DNA from: the human T2T-CHM13v2.0 reference genome, Homo sapiens | Length of the DNA stretch: 64,000 nucleotides | Assembly (NCBI RefSeq): GCF_009914755.1 | Contig: NC_060935.1 | Reading direction: 5' to 3' (one strand) | In this document: one piece after another, positions 38,005 through 53,939 of the stretch | How positions within the stretch are numbered: the stretch's first letter is position 1 | Layout: each line of letters starts with the position of its first letter | The notes under the pieces: model-generated | Database searches by the model: none | Told to the model about the DNA's origin: nothing | What the model saw: the letters and a program-made list of their open reading frames with translations, nothing else | Made by a program: the position numbers and the translations under genes

Positions 38005-38220
38005 ATAATGTTATAGCACTTACTATGTGCCAGACACAATTCTAGGTATTTAAAAACATTATTTATCCTAATCTAATGAAGGCAGTTCTATTATTATCTC
38101 ATCTTATAGATGAGGAGACTAAGGCAGAGAGATGAAGCAATTTGCCAAGGTCCCATAACAGTAACTGGCAAGAGATGAGATATCCAGGGAGGATTCATCA
38201 TGCACCATTCCAAAATCTTC
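38005..38220 (-). mobile_element. MIR
   Basis: gcacttactatgtgccagacac...ctcatcttatagatgaggagactaaggcagagagatgaagcaatttgccaaggtc. Confidence 0.8.
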
Positions 38221-38697
38221 TGCTGTTGATTGAATTTATTCTTTCCTTCCTCTTTGAACATAGCTCTGAACATAGAATTGTTGATAAATGGTAGTCCACA
38301 ATAAAAAACAATAAATTTATGTGATTTTAAAATAAGAAAGATCATAGAGAATTCCAGTATGTGGCAGGAACAAAACATTTTGATCTTTACCAATGGGACA
38401 TCTGCAGATTATTGAATTTAGCTGAATAGGAAACAAGGCTCTTAAAATTTACTCCTATTGGAGAAGGCAAAGCCACTCTTCTTTTCTTTAATTTTAAATG
38501 AATAACATCTCTCCCTCCCAACCTCTTCCTTAGTACTAAAGACAGCAAGGGAGGGCAAGGGAAAAACAAAAGAGAGAGAGGAAGAAAAAAGAGAAAGAAG
38601 AGAAGGAGGGATGAGGGAAGAGAGTGAGAAAAAAGAAAGTACATATTTTTACTGTAGAAAAGCCATTTGGGAATACTTAGAACAATCTGTAAGCCCC

Positions 38698-38899
38698 ATA
38701 TATTACTTAACTTATAAACATCCATGTTTATGTTATGTAATATATATGTTAATATATATTATTTTATCATATTATATATAACATATTATTTAAGTAATAT
38801 ATGTTATATTACTTGACATATATATTTAAGTAATACATGTTATTACTTGACATATATATTTAAGTAATATATGTTATATATTACTTAACATATAAACAT
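38698..38899. repeat. AT-rich minisatellite of ~35-bp quasi-palindromic units
   Basis: taagtaatatatgttatattacttgacatatatatt repeated about three times from 38791. Confidence 0.8.
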
Positions 38900-39436
38900 T
38901 GATAGGAATAACTGTATTCCACAATCATTGGCCTGTGTGTGGGAGATTAATGATGATAATTCTCATCTGAAACCCAAAAAGCTGTACCCTAATGCCATAT
39001 AAAAATACATGGTAAGAAAAAGAGTGCTGCCAAAGCTGGTGAATTTGGAGTAAGGTCTGCATCTAGTTAACTGTATTGTGACCATGTTGTTTCCTGGTTT
39101 TGATAATGTACTACTATATAGTTATGTTCCAACTAGGAGAAATTGAGTGATGAATCCAGGGGATCTCTCTGTACTATTTTTGCAACTTCCTCTGAGATCA
39201 ATTATTTCAAAATAAAAAGTCAAAAAATATAATTGACTGAAAAGATGCTATGCCATCTAGTGACTGTGTAGGAGAGGTCACTTGTTTTTCTCTCATATTT
39301 AACAAAATGTTTGGTGACTATCCCCCTATTTTGGACTAGGATGTATCTTTGCATGGGTGGGAGAGGCAAAAAGAGAATTCACTGGAAAAGGAATGGCTTT
39401 ATTCTAATCATTCTATCATAAAAACTACTTGAGTGG

Positions 39437-39741
39437 GGCTGGGCACAGTGGCTCACATTTGTAATCCCAGCACTTTGGGAGGCCGAGGCAGGAGGATCAC
39501 AAGGTCAGGAGTTTGAGACCAGCCTGGCCAATATGGTGAAACCCTGTCTCTACTAAAAATAAAAAATTAGCCGGGCATGGTGGCGCATGCCTGTAATCTC
39601 AGCTACTCAGGAGGCTGAGGCAGGAGAGCAGGAGAATTGCTTGAACCCGGGAGGCAGAGGTTGCAGTGAGCCAAGTAGCGCCATTGCACTCCAGCCTGGG
39701 CAACAGAGTGAGACTCCATCTTGGAAAAAAAAAAAAAAAAA
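39437..39741 (+). mobile_element. AluS
   Basis: Full dimer with a small internal caggaga duplication and an A tail. Confidence 0.93.
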
Positions 39742-40860
<1,119 letters not shown>

Positions 40861-42445
40861 ATCGGAAATGGCCAAAAGCGGAAAAGCCTCTTTACTCAGG
40901 GCAAGAAAAAGACTGATTAGGGGGCTACTCCCAGCACTGACTAAAGGGCATATGGGTTTAGGAAACATTTTTGGTAACTATAATGAAAACTGTTCATGCT
41001 TATAATTACCAATCAAGAACTGTTTTGGAGCATCCATATAAAAGACGCAAATTACTATAAAATACAATATCTGCCAACAAACAAAACCACGCAGGTGGGG
41101 AAAAAAGACATATAGAAAGTGAAGTATCAAACTCAAAATTTTTTTGAGAGAAATGAATGTGAACTCAGGTGAGCTGAATGCAAATTCAAGTTTGTCAAAG
41201 AGTGGCCTAGGGAACCTTCACACAAAAAAATGGTAAGTCAGTCACAAGCGAGGGAAGGGGGAAGCCCAGAGTACCTTGGGAAGAGAGTAAGGAAACACGT
41301 TAGTGAAGCTGAATATAGGTAAGAAATGGGGGGAAAAAATGGCTGCAAAGATAAGTTAGTTCCACTATTTGTGAAACACCTTCAATTCTACACTGAAAAT
41401 TTTGTATCTAATTCTGGCATAGAGGGAGGATTCACCCAAATATTCTGAAGATAAGAGTTACATGATGAAAGCTGTACTCCAAAATTTTAATTTGATAGTA
41501 AATACTAGGATGGATTAATTCAACAGGCATTCGTTGTGTAACCACTACACACACAGCCTGGGGAGGAGATGAAGATGAATGACATGTTTGTCACTTATGA
41601 AGAAAGTACAATTTAGTGAATATGTGAAATAACTGCTATTAAATTTGCACTAGTGGACTAGTGGTGGAGAGGAGATGGGATTAGGGAGAGGTGGGTCAGG
41701 GAAGCTTTCATGGAAGAAGTGGATTCTGGCCTGAGTCTTGAAATATAAGCAGGATTTCAACTGGCCAAAATGGGGAAGGCATTTCAGGGTGTAGGAACAG
41801 CAGGAGCAAAGTGAAAGCTATGAAGCCACATGCCATGTTCAGAAAACACAAGGAGATTCCAGTCAAGTACACAGGGAGAAATACTATACTAAGAAAATGG
41901 AAAAGAATGACTGGAAATGCTACAATGTAAGAGAGTTTGGGGATATTTTTTATGCATAGTGAAGAAAAATTAAAAGATTTTTTTAAATTAAAGTGGCATT
42001 AGGAAGGGACGATGACTGAAAACAAAATTAGCAAATTAAGTAGGTTCCTATAAGCAATTCTCTTTAACCTCAATTCAGCCCATCTTTTGCCCTAATTTCT
42101 GTTCTGTTTATATAGGCCTTATAAAAATGTAAACACATTTTATTTACTCCTATTGTAGTAAAAGCAAAAGGAATTAAATTTTTGTTTTGACAGAGAGAAC
42201 AAAAATCTTTATGTCTATTCAAGGTTCTATAGTGGGCAGAATTCTGGGTTTTGCATTAACTACCTGCACACAAGCTAGTTAACCCATGTCAGGTGCATGG
42301 CACAGGGCTTGGTGCGCAGTCAGGGATATGTAAGCGCTGGCTGTGATTACCATCAGGTGTCAGGAGATTTCAGCAAATCCTACTTGTGAAGCCTCAGGCA
42401 GGTGTCTTAAGCTTCCAGTTGCTCCATTTGTTAAAAAAGGGTAGG

Positions 42446-42823
<378 letters not shown>

Positions 42824-43386
42824 TCATGTCCAGTTTAAACAATGGAAATGTAAGTATTCATAAACCCTAAAGCACTTTATAAATACATGGTATTATAAAT
42901 TTTCTGTTTTCCCCTGATACAGAGTGAGAAAATATTATCTTGATCTATCCTTTGCAATGTATTTGGGGAGAAAGCTTCCCAAGGCACTTTAGCATTTTAG
43001 TACTCCTTTGACTCTTTCATCAGTGCCTCTGAAGGTAGGGATTTTAACAATCTGATTCTTAACACACTTAAGCATTTGTTCAATGGGAAGCATATTCATA
43101 TTCGGTGCAACACTCCAAATAGAGTAAGTAAAAACCTGGACCTCTTTTAGTTGACATATAAATGTGTGGTCACTTCTTACTAAAGTGACATGCAAAGAAA
43201 CATGGCTACAAAAGAGCAAAAAGTGTTGGAAACTGAAAAAAGAAAGAAAATAGAAACAATCCAGGAGCAAGCAAGTGAAAATTTAGAACAAAACAACTGG
43301 AATTAGGTAATACTGAATGTAAAATAACATAAAAAGCAAGATACTAGAGGACTGGTTTCCTGAAACAACACTACAAATAAAAGCCC

Positions 43387-43498
43387 GGCTGGTCCAAAGT
43401 TACTGAGTTATCTCAATAGATTGTACCCATGTCAGTTACAGATCTATTTCCCTGTTCTACTCTTTTCTGTCTTCTCACACATGCACTTAACTAGTCTT
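43387..43498 (+). pseudogene. Y1 RNA (RNY1-derived) retropseudogene
   Basis: GGCTGGTCCAAAGTTACTGAGTTATCTCAATAGATTG...CAGTTACAGATC...CTTCTCAC...GCACTTAACTAGTCTT is colinear with hY1 and followed by an A tail (43499-43512). Confidence 0.92.
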
Positions 43499-43667
43499 AA
43501 AGAAAAAAAAAAGGTCTCAGCTTTAATGTATATCTGTTAACAAAAAAAAAGTTATCTTCAAATAAAACAGAAATTTGTGATGCAAATTCTTAGACCATTC
43601 AAAGAAGCTCCTTCCCCCACCATGGTTCTGTGAAAACTACTGTAATGAATGTTTCCTTCATGTACTG

Positions 43668-44068
43668 TGATATAGTTTAGATATTTGTCCCCACTCAAAT
43701 CTCATGTTCAATTGTAATCCCCAGTGCTGGAGGTGGGGCCTAGCAGGAGGTGTTTTGGTCACAGGGGCAGATCCCTCATGGCTTGGAGCTGTACTTGCAT
43801 AGTGAATACTCGTGAGATCTGGTTGTATAAGTATGTGGTACTCTCTGCCACTCTCTCTTGCTCCTACTCCTGCCACATGAGGTGCCTGCTCCCACTTCGC
43901 TTTCAACCATAAGTAAATGCTCCCTGAGGCCTTTCTAGAAGCCGAGCAGATGCCAGTGCCATGCTTCCTGGACAGCCTGCAGAACTGTGAGCCAATTAAA
44001 CCTCTTTTCTTTATAAATTACCCAATCTCAGGTATTTCTTTACAGCAACGCTAGAATAGACTAACACA
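43668..44068 (+). mobile_element. MST-family MaLR solo LTR
   Basis: tgatatagtttagatatttgtccccactcaaatctcatgtt...gccaattaaacctcttttctttataaattacccaatctcaggtatttcttta...gactaacaca. Confidence 0.9.
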
Positions 44069-44566
44069 ACTGTGATATCTTGGCATGTAGATTTATATCA
44101 ATAAATAGTATCTTAAATAAGTATCTATATAAATTAAATATAGTTTCTGATACTCATGAATTTAAATAACATAGTAAATAAACACAAATCAATAAATAAC
44201 AGTTGACATTCACTAAGTATCCAGGGGTCTTAAGTACCTTATCCATAATCTTTGAAATAATAATCTTGCCTCACTTTTCAGTTATGGAAATTGAAAATCA
44301 GAGAGGCCAAATGTGTATACCCAGACAATAAAATGTGGCATAGGGATTGAACCCAAGGTTGCCTGAGCTTTTGTCCCTTTAACCCTGCTGCTTTTCACAC
44401 AGGTATATAAATTTAACACCTGCATTAAATCTAGTGTCACTAGTGTCCATTTTATGGGGTAGATGCATTAAGAAGGATCTTAGAAATTACCTGTTTGGGC
44501 AGGGTAGAGTTAACAGGAGATTACAATCTATTTCTTCATATTCTGCAAAATAATACATGCTCATTG

Positions 44567-45319
44567 TGATACGGACAGGAGAAAGGGAAACACTGGGTAG
44601 AAGAGGGTGGTCCCTGGCAAGGGCCACACTCTCAAGCCTGGACCTATGACCCAAAGTGAGAACATGCATTCCTGTTTCCCACCCCTACAATTGTTGCCTT
44701 TTCCAAAACCACCTTGGCCTGACCCGCTCCTTATCCTGTGCCCATAAAAACCCCAGGCCCTGCCAGCAGAGCAGTAGAGCCGTAGAGCAGCAGAGAATAA
44801 GAGAAGCAGCCGGACGTTTGAGAGAAGCAGACTGACTTCAGAGGGAGGGCTCGACGGCAGGACTTCAGAGGAGAGTTCAGCTGGGCATGGTCAAACTCCA
44901 GGGGAGGACCACCTTTCCACTCCATCCCCTTTCCAGCTCCCCATCCCTCTGAGAGCCACTTCTACCGCTCAATAAAATCCTCCACATTCACCACCCTTCA
45001 ATTCATTTGCGCATCCTGATTCTTCCTGGACCCCAGACAAGGACTTGGATACAAGTGCAAGAGGCTGTCACACTGACCCTCCACTGAGTTAACATTTGAG
45101 CCACCCATGGATGGCAACGGTAAAAGAGCACACTGTAACACATGCCCTCTGGGGCGCCAAGGGTCGTGGGTAACTTCTAGATGCTGCCATGGGCCTGCAC
45201 AGAGTTCTGCTCCTACCAGTTGCCCAGAGGTGCTCATCCTTGCCTCTGCACCCACTCACCTGCGTGCTGCCCCTGAGCTTTGAATCCTGCAAAGGGGCCA
45301 AGGGAACTATTCCATTTCA
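44567..45319 (+). mobile_element. MER50-type ERV1 solo LTR
   Basis: TGATACGGACAGGAG...GGGTAGAAGAGGG start and GGGAACTATTCCATTTCA end; AATAAA near 44971; near-TSD attg/atta. Confidence 0.82.
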
Positions 45320-45399
45320 ATTATAAAAAAATTAAATAATACACAACCAAATGGAGAAAAAATGAAATGTTTCTTACTGTCTCCATAATCCCATTCCCC

Positions 45400-47910
45400 T
45401 TTGCAGTTACGTACATAGCCTTCTAGATCCTCTTTCTATGAATTTATAATGGGATTTTACTGTTCTGTGATTTGCCTTTTCATTTAACAATATATCAGAG
45501 AAAAAGTTCTCTGGTTTAGTACATAGGCTTCTACTTACTTTGTGGTGGATGCAAAGTAATTTACAGTATAAAAGTACCAAAAGTATTTTTTGAAAATATG
45601 ATTTCCAACATTTGTGTATTAAAGCAATACTGCAAAGAATATTCATCTGGATGGAAAAAATATTTTTTAAAAATGCAAAGTGACCAATTCAAAAATAGAA
45701 AGAGACTTAAATAGGCATTAATCCAAAGAAAATATACAATGGGCAATAAGCACACAAAAAGATGCTCAATATCATGACATTTCCGTATAATTCCCACCTG
45801 GATCAACAGAACATTACCAGTACTCCAGAATCCTCTCTCCTGCCCATCCCAATCACTGACCTTCTCTTTCCTCTCCAAAGGTAACTGCTATCCTAAGTTC
45901 TAATACCACAGAGCAGTCTTGAACTCTTAGGATTTTGAACTCTCTACATGTATACATGAAACTTTACAGTGTAAGTGTGTATATCAGGACATTCAATACT
46001 ATTTTTTGTGAGATTCAATCATGTTGTTGCAAACAGTTTTAACTCATTCATTTTTACTGGTGTAGGGGAATTTACTGTATATATCTTCATTTATTCATTC
46101 CACCATGTATACACCCATAAGTTTTGCCAGTTTTTAACAAATGGAAATAAAGCTGTTATCAACATTTCTATGCATGTGTCTTAGTCTGTGTACATGAATC
46201 TCTATATACATCTAAAAGTGAAACTGCTGGGTTACAGTTGTGTATCAACTTCAATAGATAATGCCAATGATTGTCCCAAATTAATACTCCCATCATCAGC
46301 ATATGAGAATTCCTATTAATGTATATTCTTGCCAACCTTAGATATCATTATCCTTAAATTTTAATTATTCTGGTTAAGTATGTACTAAAGAGTCAATAAG
46401 GCTTCGATCTGCATTTTCCTAAAGACTCTTTACAACTCCTTTGTCAGATACGCATTCTGCAAATATCTTCCCACACTGTAATCTGCCCTTTCACTGTCTT
46501 AAGGGCATATTATGATAAAGTTCTTCCTTTTAATTGTTTAATTATTAAGCTTTTCAGTTATAATTAATACTATGTCTAAAGCCAAGGTCATAAAGATATT
46601 CTATAGTATTATCTTCTAAAAGTTTTATTGTTTCGTCTTTCACATACAGATTTGTAATTCTCCTGGAATGGATTTTTGTGTATGGGGTTAAATAAGGATC
46701 AGGCTTCTCTTTTTTTATATTCAGATGTCCAGCTGACTCAGTACTCTTTATTGAAATGACTGTTCTTTTGAAACTGCCCTCCAATGCCACCTTTGTCATA
46801 AATCAAGTATCTATATAGACACAGGTTTGTTTCTGGACTCTATTCTGTTCCATTGATCTATTGGTCTATCTGTACACATCTATACCAACGTCGTAATTAG
46901 TGAAGCTTTCACAATATATCTTGACATCTATTACAGTAAGTTTCCCACTTTTTTGTTCTTCTAAATCGTCTTTGGTATTCTTGGCTCTGTATTTCCATAT
47001 ACATTTTAGAATCAGTCATCAATTTCTACATAGATTCCAACTCAAAGCTTGGGGCATTTTTCAGCAACTCTGTCTTGATGGGTTCTGACCTCCAATTTTT
47101 GTTCCCCTAGCACTATGATGACCTCCTCAACTCCATCAGCAGATATCCTAGGGGAATAATGTCTCCATATGCAGGGGTCACTCTTCAGATTTCCTTCTGT
47201 TTCATCACCTTATCACAATAATTGCTTACAGTTTTATTAACTCTCTAATGCTTCAAAGATATGTTTTTATACTTCTGTCAAAATTTTTTAACTGTCCTCA
47301 GAGGGAAGGTTGCCTAAATCACTAGTCTTTTATTTCCAGAAGTTAATGCCTCAAAATAAGCTCTGCTTGCTTTTCTTCTCTGTTCTCCATTTCTCCCACT
47401 CTTTCCCTCTTCTCTCTTCTATCCCCCACCCCTCCTCTTTCTTTCTTTCTGGTGGAAAAGGTGGATGATGCAAAAAGATGGGGAATTCCAGCATAGCAAT
47501 TATTGTAAAAAGACCATTTAGCTTTATGCGAGAAAAGAAAAATACGAGAATTGAAGAATGTGTTAGGTGGCCTTAAGAGAAGACTGACCACACATAGCAG
47601 AGTGAGGAATCACTGAACTTGATGATAGGACAACAGAAAGTATCCAAACTGAAAACAAAAAAAAAAAAAAAAAGAGAGAGAGAAAAAAAGAAAACAGGAG
47701 ATCGTGCCACTGCACTCTGGCCTGGGAGACAGAGCGAAACTGTCTCAAAAAAAAGAAAAAGAAGAAAAAGAAAACAGAGTAAAAAAAAAAAAGAAAAAAC
47801 AGAGTCTGAGATCTGTGAGACAATATCAAATAATGTAACTGATATGTAAAGGAGAGGAGAAAGAGAATTCGGAAAAAGAAATATCTGAAAAGAGAATAGC
47901 TATGAACATA
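45400..47910. mobile_element. Mosaic of ancient L1M fragments in both orientations
   Basis: Diverged L1 motifs; ORF 46554-46799(-) PDPYLTPYTKIHSRRITNLYVKDETIKLLEDN is ORF2-like; ORF1-like remnant at about 47520-47910 (+). Confidence 0.6.
47698..47764 (+). mobile_element. Severely 5'-truncated Alu (last ~50 nt plus tail)
   Basis: gagatcgtgccactgcactctggcctgggagacagagcgaaactgtctc(A)n flanked by TSD aaaaagaaaacag. Confidence 0.85.
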
Positions 47911-48493
47911 AAGCCTTCAAGAAAAGTGTCAGTAAATAGCTCCTCAGTGACTTGCAAGCAAAACAAACACAAAGAAAAACATGTGCTTCCCCTTCCACCT
48001 TTCCCCACCTAGACCTCATCTTCCACTATATCATGCCCTAGGGTGACTGAATAAAATGACAATTTCTTATAGACAAGCTTCCCCCTCTTTTGTTTCCTCT
48101 CCTCTCTCTCTCTCTCTCTCTCTATCAAACTCTTACCTTCTTTTTCCTAAGGTACCATGGGTACTTTCTATCTTGGTCAGGATATGGTGATTAATTTTCT
48201 GTACACACAAATAATTGAACATATTAATAACATTTAAGAACAGATTCAAAGAGAATATTTTTCCTATGTTACCCTTGTTGTGTAATAGTATAGGAACTTG
48301 AAATTTTCAGTCTCAAACTATAGCTGTATCTTTCAGATTTGGCATCTAACAGTGACAGATGGCAATGTTAAAAATAAATAGAACATTCAAGTTGTTTATA
48401 CCGTAGGCAAAGACAGTTTTAAAGTGTGAAACAAGCCCAAGGCTGACAGAATTCACATCATCCTTTTCAAAATGTATTAAGAATGTACATTTT

Positions 48494-48819
<326 letters not shown>

Positions 48820-49011
48820 TCACAGAAGACAAAATACTAGCTTTTGAAGGTACGCTAGGTTTTTCTTGGTCATTCTTAATTTAGAAATAACAATGCTATG
48901 CAGGTCTACAAATACAAACCTGTTTTCCAGAACTATCAATAACTGATTAACTTTCCCAATGCTAAATGGTTCTGGAGGTTATCCCTACTTGAAGTGTCAT
49001 TTCTCCATTCA

Positions 49012-49358
<347 letters not shown>

Positions 49359-50144
49359 CTAACACAGTTTATTTTAATGCCAATATTAGGCTAAGTTTTA
49401 AAAACCCAATTTATAGTACATCTGAGTCAATACTATCAAAGATGAGACATAATAACTAATATAAGTTAAGCTTACACCACAGAAAGATGGATAAAAATAT
49501 GTGCAGGAAATTAAATGTTTGATGTTGAATTTTAGTAACTTCAAAATAATGACCATAAAAACCCATTATAATCTCAATAGATGAATAAAAGCCTTTGGAA
49601 AAATTCCTGCACTCTTTTAAACACTTGACACACAAGAAACAGAAGGGAACTTTCTCAACCCTGATAAAGGACATCTATGAAACCCCCACAGCTACTTAAT
49701 GGTAAAAGACTAGATGATTTCCCCTAAAATCAGGAACAAGACACGGATGCTTGTACTTGAGATTTATATTCAATATTGTATTAGAGGTTCTCACAAGGAC
49801 CACTGGGCAAGAACAATAAAAAGACATCCAGATTGGAAGGGAAGAAGTAAAAAGTGGCTACTGTAGATACCATAATCTTGTATATAGAAAATCCCAAGGA
49901 ATCCACTATGAAACTATTAGAACTAATAAACAGTTCAGCAAGGCTTCAAGATATAACATCAACATACAAAAATTATATTCCTATGGACTTGCCATGAACA
50001 ATAAGAAAATGAAATGTTAAAATTCCCGGTACAATAGCATTAAAAAGAATTGAATATATTTATAAAGAAATTCAACAAAAGATATATAAAACTTATACTC
50101 TGAAAACTACAAAATATTGAAATAAATTAAAGAATGTCTAGACT

Positions 50145-50446
50145 GACTGGGCCTAGTGGCTCATGCCTATAATCCCAGCACTTTTGGAGGCTCATGCGGG
50201 AGGATCACTTAAGGCCAGGAGTTCAGGACCAGCCTATGCAACACAGTGAGACATTGCTACAAAAAACTAACAAATTATCCTGGCACAGTGGCACATGCCT
50301 GTAGTACTAGCTACTCAGGAGGCTGAGGTGGAAAGATGCCTTGAGCCCAGGAGTTTGAGGACTTGTGAACTATGATCACACCATCGCACTCCAGCCTGGG
50401 CAACAAAGCAAGACACTGTCTCCAAAGAAAAAAAATTAAAAATACA
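50145..50446 (+). mobile_element. AluJ-like
   Basis: Diverged dimer; TSD aaagaat(g/a)tcta. Confidence 0.9.
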
Positions 50447-50750
50447 AAAGAATATCTAAATAAATGAAAAACATCCCTTGTTCAGGGATTAGAAGACTTA
50501 ATACTGTTAATAATATTTCCCGAGTTGATCTACAGGTTCAATATACTCTCTATCAGAATCCCATCCTACTCTGTAGAAACTGACAAGCTGATTCTAAAGC
50601 CATAAGGAATTACAAGGGGCCCAGAAAAGCCAAATCAACCCTTAAAAAGAAGAAAAAAGTAGGATGACTTACACTTCCCCACTGCAAAACTTACTACAAA
50701 ACAACAGTAATGAAAACAGGGTACTATTGGCATAAGAAAACACATATAGA

Positions 50751-51081
<331 letters not shown>

Positions 51082-51573
51082 TCAGGAATAAATCTAGGGT
51101 CAACTGTGTCTAGGGTCAATTGATTTTTCCAAGGGTATCAAGGTAATTCAACAGGAAAGAAATAATCTTTTCAACAAACAGTGCTAGAACAATTGGATAA
51201 CCTCATGAAGTTGGACCCCTGCCTCATCACCATACACACAAATTAACTTTAAAAAATGGGTCATAGACTAATATGTAACATCTAAAACTGTAAACCTCTC
51301 AGAAGAAAACACAGGAGTAAATCATGACTGTGGGTTAGCCAAAGCCTTCTTAAATAAGGAATCAAAAGCATAAATGACTAAAGAAACATCAAAAGTAAAA
51401 ACTTGTATGCATCAATGGATACTACCAAAGAAAGTCAAAGACAAACCACAAAACAGGTGAAAATATTTGTAAATCATTATTATCTGGTAAAGAATTTGTA
51501 TCTAGAATATATGAGCAACATTTACAACTCACTAAAAAAAACACAAATAACCCAATTAAAAACTGGGCAAAAG

Positions 51574-51850
51574 TGGGAGGTTGAGGTGGAAGGATCACTT
51601 GAAACCAGGAGTTTGAGACCAATCTGGGCAACAAAGCAAGACCTCATCTCTACAAAAAATTTAAAAATTAGCTGGGCACAGCGGCATGCACGTGTAATGT
51701 CAGTCATTCAGCAGGCTGAGTCAGAAGGATCATTTGAGGCCTGGAGTTGAGGGCTGCAGTGAGCTATGATCACAACACTGCACTGCAGCCTGTGGTGACA
51801 AAGAAAGACCCTGTCTCGAAAAAAAAAAAAAAAAAAGAAAAAGAAAAAAG
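51574..51850 (+). mobile_element. 5'-truncated AluJ-like
   Basis: tgggaggttgaggtggaaggatcacttga...ccctgtctc followed by an A-rich tail. Confidence 0.88.
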
Positions 51851-53857
51851 AATAAGCAAAGGATATGAATAGATACCCTCCAAAGAAGATGAACACATAA
51901 CCAATAAGCACATATAAAATGACTAAACATGATTAGCCAAAAACAAAATGCAAGTCAAATCCACAGTGAGATACTACTTCACAATTAAGAAGGCAATAAT
52001 CAAAAAAATCCAAATAAAAACAAGTGTTGACAAGGATATGGAGCAACTGGAAGTCTCATACACTGCTGGTGGAACTGCAAAATGGTACAGTTACACCAAT
52101 GGTGCAGCTGGCAGTTCTTCAAAGATTAAATATAGTTACCATATGACCCAGCAATCCCACACCTGGACATATACCCAAGGGAAATTAAAACATATCCACA
52201 TGTAATATTGTACATGAATATTCAGAGAAGCCAAAAATGGAAACAACTCCAAATGAATAAACAAATAAAATGTGGCATATGCATACAATGAAATGTTATC
52301 CAGCTATTTAAAAAGAAGGAATTAAAACAGAAGTACTGATACATGCTACTGCACAGGTGAATCTTGAAAACACTATGCTAAGTAAAAGAAGCCCATCACA
52401 AAAGACCACACATTATATGATTCCATTTATACAAAATGTCCAGAATAGGGAAATCAATAAAGACAGAAAGTAGACAAGTGGTTGTTTAGGGCTGGGAGCA
52501 GTATGAGGGGAGCAGTGTCCGCTAATGGATATGGGATTTCTTCATGAAGTGATGAAGGTGTTCTAAAATTAACTGTGGTGATGGCTGCACAACCCTGTTA
52601 CACAATTTAAAGGGTAAATTGCACGATATGCGAATTTTATCTTAATAAAGCTGAGTTTTCAAAAAGTTAAGTTTAAAATAACGCCGTATTTTTAAAAAGA
52701 ATGAAATCTACAGTTACGAATGAAGATTTACCAAACAAGTACCCACTTAGGAGCTTTTTAAAAAAGTTTACCCAAGAAGGATAAAATTGCTTCAAAAAGA
52801 ACTGAGAATCCTGACTCAAGTAGAACTGCAGAAAACACTGTTTTGAAGCATTTTCTCTACTGAACAATAAAGTTAGTCTAAAATAAACAAATTCCAATGA
52901 GAGAAATGGGAACAATGATTCCCTAGTCTCCTGTGAAGAAATAAGCTTTGAAAGGTATTATTAACCTTTACTTAAATACTATTAGCAAAGATTGTTGGAT
53001 GTAAGCTTTGGGAGCAGAAGTGGGAAAATACCAAAAGAGTAAAGAATAACTGTTTTTTTTTTTCTTAACTCTTACATACAGGTCCTAAAACTAGAAAATA
53101 CTATCATAAGGTAAACAGTTCAAATTAATTCTGAGGCCCAGAAATTTTTTCTTCTCCTTTTATTGGGAGGTGGGAAAGGACAGAAGAAATGTAATATAGC
53201 TAGGAAAAATAAGTTGGATGACTCCCTCTTCTCTCCAAAGCTTTTTAGACTTTGTTTGAATTTTTTTTTAATCGACATCATCAAAAAGTTTCAGATGAGG
53301 CATTCTGTTGAATCTTCCCAAAACTAAATCACCTCAATAAACACCGAAATTCACATTTTCTTGATTTTTATCCCCTTCAACAATGCTTTATTTGCAATAT
53401 ATTCTAGATATTTATGCAGCACTGTAAGTATACTGTATAAGTAATAAGAAATGCTGTTTAAAATAGTTTTGATGTTCATATGCCCTGTTAAAATATACTT
53501 ACTTTTCATTTATTAATTTTCAGTTAATCCTACAATTTCTATGTTAGTTCTTTAAACCTATTTTTTAAATCATTTTATTCATTAAGTTACAATGCTATTA
53601 TGCAACTATAAAAGTAAATAATGACAAAGCTTAATGGAGCAATTGCCTAAAAATTTGAGTGCATGTAAACCTTTTCAAAATGATCAACAGAGATATAAGA
53701 ATACATTTAAAAATCAAAACCATATAAAATTAAGAATGTTAATTATTATGCCTATAAATGCAAAACTAGCAAAACAAGCTAAATACTTGACTGACAGAAA
53801 ATCTGTGTCTTCAAGCAGTTGATAAAATAACTACACTAGTGAAAAAAGTGTACTCAC

Positions 53858-53939
53858 CTGGTTTTGGCACTGAGTTGGTCACTGACTGGGGAACTTTTTG
53901 GTTAATTAACTCAACACAGTGTCCAGGGAAGAGTCCCAC
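53858..53939 (-). CDS. ARHGAP32: ARHGAP32 coding exon (82 nt), C-terminal end of the SH3 domain
   Basis: Acceptor ttttcatcag|GTG at 53941-53940; donor CAG|gtgagt at 53857-53856. Translates VGLFPGHCVELINQKVPQSVTNSVPKP (SH3 GxFP motif); phase 1 matches the next exon. Confidence 0.95.
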
